From: Rebecca billardiae RCC1528
Lineage: Eukaryota; Protista; Haptophyta
Direction: 5' to 3'
Assembly (NCBI GenBank): GCA_965240325.2
Contig: OZ251225.1
Location: 2,542,001 to 2,606,000 of the forward strand
DNA: 64,000 bases
A program made the position numbers and the translations under genes. The notes under the pieces are model-generated. The model did no database searches. It saw only the letters and a program-made list of their open reading frames with translations, and was not told where the DNA came from. Below are positions 60,653 through 64,000 of this stretch, piece after piece (the first letter of the stretch is position 1; every line of letters begins with the position of its first letter).

Positions 60653-60981
60653 TAATAACTACTTAGATGTGTGCAGAAGATCGACGACGGTCGTAGTGTT
60701 TAGGCTTGAGCTGCTGAGATCACCGACGAAGCAGAGTGTAGACTACGTTATGCAATCGGAAAATGTCTCACTGGTCTGCTTAGCTTTCGCTTAGCTAGCT
60801 GAAGCTAGAGTCTTAGCCTTGCCTCAGAATAATTACAGCGTTGCGCTGCCACAGCGCACACGGACCTAGGACACAGGCCCACCGAGCCAAAATAATAACA
60901 ATAATAAATGCCACTCGTGCAGGCTGCGTCCGCCCTCATGAGTCGTGGTGCCTAACTAGTGGCTAGTCTAAGTCTAACAGC

Positions 60982-61728
60982 CTAGTCATCATGGTCCTTG
61001 CCCTTGGCGTCAAGCTGTGCATCCAACTGCGCATTGAGCGCAACGGCCACGGAGAGCAGGCTGGCACCAAGCAGGCCTCCTGCAATGGTATCTGTCAGCC
61101 AGTGCGCGTCCGTCAGGACGCGTCCGAGCCCAGTGAGACTGGACCACACAACCCATGTCGCAACAAGCGCAGGTTGCGGGATCGACAGCGGGCGTTTCGA
61201 GGTTTTTTGTGCGACAGCGTCGAGCAAGCGGGGGATGAGGACCAGGAGAAGGGCGCCGGACATAAACGCGGCGCTCGATGTGTGGCCACTCGGGAAGGAG
61301 TACGAGTGGTGGTGAGGGTAAAAGCCTGCGTGCATGTACTGCTCTGGGCGGAGGCGTTGCACGGCGGGCTTCACCACCCACTCAACCAGTGGGATGAGAA
61401 CCGCCGAGTGCACGCCGAGCAGAACCCCAGATGTGCGCAGAGCGGCGGCGCGGCGTTTGCCCGCGGGCTCGACAAGCGCCCATGCGGCGCATGCGACGAT
61501 TGAGAGGGCTAGAGCTGCTGGCGCAAGCTCAGAAAGTGCTCGGCCCAGCGGGTCAGCGTACTCCACTGCCCCTGATGCAGCGAGGTGGGTACCAACCCAG
61601 TCACGGGCGGCGAGGTCGAACGGCTGCACGTCGGCAGCTCCACGAAACGCAACCTCCCCGAGCGGTAGCGCGAAGAGGGATCCGGCGCCTAGCCCGGTGA
61701 GTTGCGGAGCCCGCAGCGGCGAGCGCAT
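60982..61728 (-). CDS. PAP2-family membrane phosphatase
   Basis: C1 KPAVQRLRP, C2 SFPSGH, C3 GRVLTDAHWLTD, plus TM segments. Start uncertain (first ATG is at 61728). Confidence 0.88.
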   Translation of the reverse strand: MRSPLRAPQLTGLGAGSLFALPLGEVAFRGAADVQPFDLAARDWVGTHLAASGAVEYADPLGRALSELAPAALALSIVACAAWALVEPAGKRRAAALRTSGVLLGVHSAVLIPLVEWVVKPAVQRLRPEQYMHAGFYPHHHSYSFPSGHTSSAAFMSGALLLVLIPRLLDAVAQKTSKRPLSIPQPALVATWVVWSSLTGLGRVLTDAHWLTDTIAGGLLGASLLSVAVALNAQLDAQLDAKGKDHDD

Positions 61729-61807
61729 CGCGCGCGACTGGGTGAATCTCGAGTCGGCAATGCGGCTGGTAGGCGACTCCGCCACTCCGGCGTGTGCATC
61801 CGGTCCG

Positions 61808-63978
61808 AGACCCCTTCAGGGAAATCGTGCTCGGCTGGGGTCGCGGCTGCGCTGGCGGCTGAGGTCGGACCTCAGCCGAGCCGAGGCCGGCTGAGGTCGA
61901 TCTCCACATACGGGGAAAGCGCGAGATAGTAGGCGCCGCGCGCGCCGAGGCGCCTTGCGCCTCCTCGCACGTCGCACCGACGCGTGGCACGCGACTCACG
62001 CGGCTGCGCATCGGCGCTGAGGTACACGGGTCCATCCGCGCCGATCGCGCGCGTGCGCACGCCCTTCCTCGCCGCTGCGGCAGGCGCACGCGCTTCGCGA
62101 GCCGCCATGCGTGCGCTGGGAGGCAAAAGCGCACGCGCGCGGCGAGGCACGTTGAACGCCCCGGACGCAGCGATGCGTCGTATGGCGTAGCACGTGTCAC
62201 ACGCGTGCTCTTAGCTTCGCGTGGCGCCGCGCGTGTGCACGGTCTCGGCGGTGCGCGTCGCGCGCTTTGCGCAGCCGCCAGCACACAGCCAGCTGACCCA
62301 CGTGCGCCCGGCGTCGTCGAGTGGGCTGTGCACTGCGCGCACGAGGCGTGGCGCTGCGTGCCTGGCTCGTGGATGGCATGATGCCCGCGCTCTGCGCCCC
62401 GCCTGGCGCTTGGCCAGCGATGTGTACCTCCGCGGCCAAGCTGTTCCGCGGCGTGGCAGGCGGTGCGATCGCAGGGCGCGGCCGGTTCCAGCCGCCGGCT
62501 CGCCGGCCATGCGCACCGGGACATGCGGTGCCATGTCGGCCTCGCGAGCGCGCGCGGGTGTCACGTAGTGATGCAACCGCCCCTCGGCGGCCGCAGGGCG
62601 GTCGCGGCCGCAGCCTGGCTCATCTCGTCCCCCGCTGCTGATCTGATTGACAAGCTGGTTGCGGCCTGCGGTGTTGCTCAGCACAGCAGCCGAAGTGCAC
62701 AGGTCGGGTATTGTCATCAGGTGCAGCGCAACTCGAGAACAACTTGGCATGTCTCTGAGATGGGGGCGTTGCCATTTGCCGGGCAGGTAGCGCACATGTC
62801 AAGTCTGGCGGCAGGATTCGTCGCATTGTGACTCGATGGCTGCCAAAACCATGCAGCATGCCTGTGGCTGTGTCGCATGCCGGCATGCACGGCCCAGTCC
62901 ACAGAGCTCGCTGAGCAGATGAGAGATGCCAGCTAGCAACAGGCGACGATATGTTGCTGCGACAGCCTATTGATCAGCAGCAGCGCCAGCGGAAGTCCAC
63001 CCGTTTGCTACCGACAACCAAATGGCGTGGGCTGACGAGTCTCGGTCACTCGTCCGAGAGGCGAGCTAGAACCAGCAGACGGCCGCGGCCGATTCACAGT
63101 GCGCCTGGCTGCTGTCGTGCTCGCCTGCCTGATGCATGAGCTGACCGCCATGCGCGATCCCATGGCGCCAGGCTGCGGCCGCGACCGCCCTGCGGCCGCC
63201 GAGGGGCGGTTGCATCACTACGTGACACCCGCGCGCGCTCGCGAGGCCGACATGGCACCGCATGTCCCGGTGCGCATGGCCGGCGAGCCGGCGGCTGGAA
63301 CCGGCCGCGCCCTGCGATCGCACCGCCTGCCACGCCGCGGAACAGCTTGGCCGCGGAGGTACACATCGCTGGCCAAGCGCCAGGCGGGGCGCAGAGCGCG
63401 GGCATCATGCCATCCACGAGCCAGGCACGCAGCGCCACGCCTCGTGCGCGCAGTGCACAGCCCACTCGACGACGCCGGGCGCACGTGGGTCAGCTGGCTG
63501 TGTGCTGGCGGCTGCGCAAAGCGCGCGACGCGCACCGCCGAGACCGTGCACACGCGCGGCGCCACGCGAAGCTAAGAGCACGCGTGTGACACGTGCTACG
63601 CCATACGACGCATCGCTGCGTCCGGGGCGTTCAACGTGCCTCGCCGCGCGCGTGCGCTTTTGCCTCCCAGCGCACGCATGGCGGCTCGCGAAGCGCGTGC
63701 GCCTGCCGCAGCGGCGAGGAAGGGCGTGCGCACGCGCGCGATCGGCGCGGATGGACCCGTGTACCTCAGCGCCGATGCGCAGCCGCGTGAGTCGCGTGCC
63801 ACGCGTCGGTGCGACGTGCGAGGAGGCGCAAGGCGCCTCGGCGCGCGCGGCGCCTACTATCTCGCGCTTTCCCCGTATGTGGAGATCGACCTCAGCCGGC
63901 CTCGGCTCGGCTGAGGTCCGACCTCAGCCGCCAGCGCAGCCGCGACCCCAGCCGAGCACGATTTCCCTGAAGGGGTCT
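61808..63978. mobile_element. 2171-bp foldback element: 812-bp inverted arms (61808-62619, 63167-63978), 547-bp spacer, 7-bp direct flank CGGTCCG
   Basis: The arms give identical mirrored ORFs in the track. CGGTCCG occurs at 61801-61807 and 63979-63985. Confidence 0.85.
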
Positions 63979-64000
63979 CGGTCCGCGTGCGGCCGTCCGG

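Noticed and set aside
61601-63914. Duplicated ORFs on opposite strands
   Set aside because: By-products of the inverted repeat, with no transposase or other motif.

Overview
Very GC-rich eukaryotic nuclear DNA with GT-AG spliceosomal introns, mostly GTGCGC donors and CGCAG acceptors. Signal+transit leaders on plastid proteins point to an alga with a complex plastid. A Pavlovales haptophyte such as Diacronema is my inference, not verified. There are 17 protein-coding genes: THF1/Psb29, NIPA-type Mg transporter, CNBD K+ channel, NAD(P)H-binding reductase, GPI, a small membrane protein, GT8 glycosyltransferase, kinesin-3, PTGR-like oxidoreductase, HET/TIR-like+LRR protein, two HAD_SAK_2 paralogues, BRAP-type E3, fuseless-like protein, WD40-ankyrin-TRP-like channel, ARM-TIR protein and ICME, plus a PAP2 phosphatase. 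The intergenic DNA holds many non-autonomous inverted-repeat elements: two TA-flanked MITEs (each apparently nested in an older element), a 2.17-kb foldback with 812-bp arms, and three unrelated TIR elements sharing a T|A...T|T junction. The best candidate for a new system is the head-to-head pair of the ARM-TIR gene and the WD40-ANK-TRP channel gene. All family calls are from motif recognition by eye; no searches were run.
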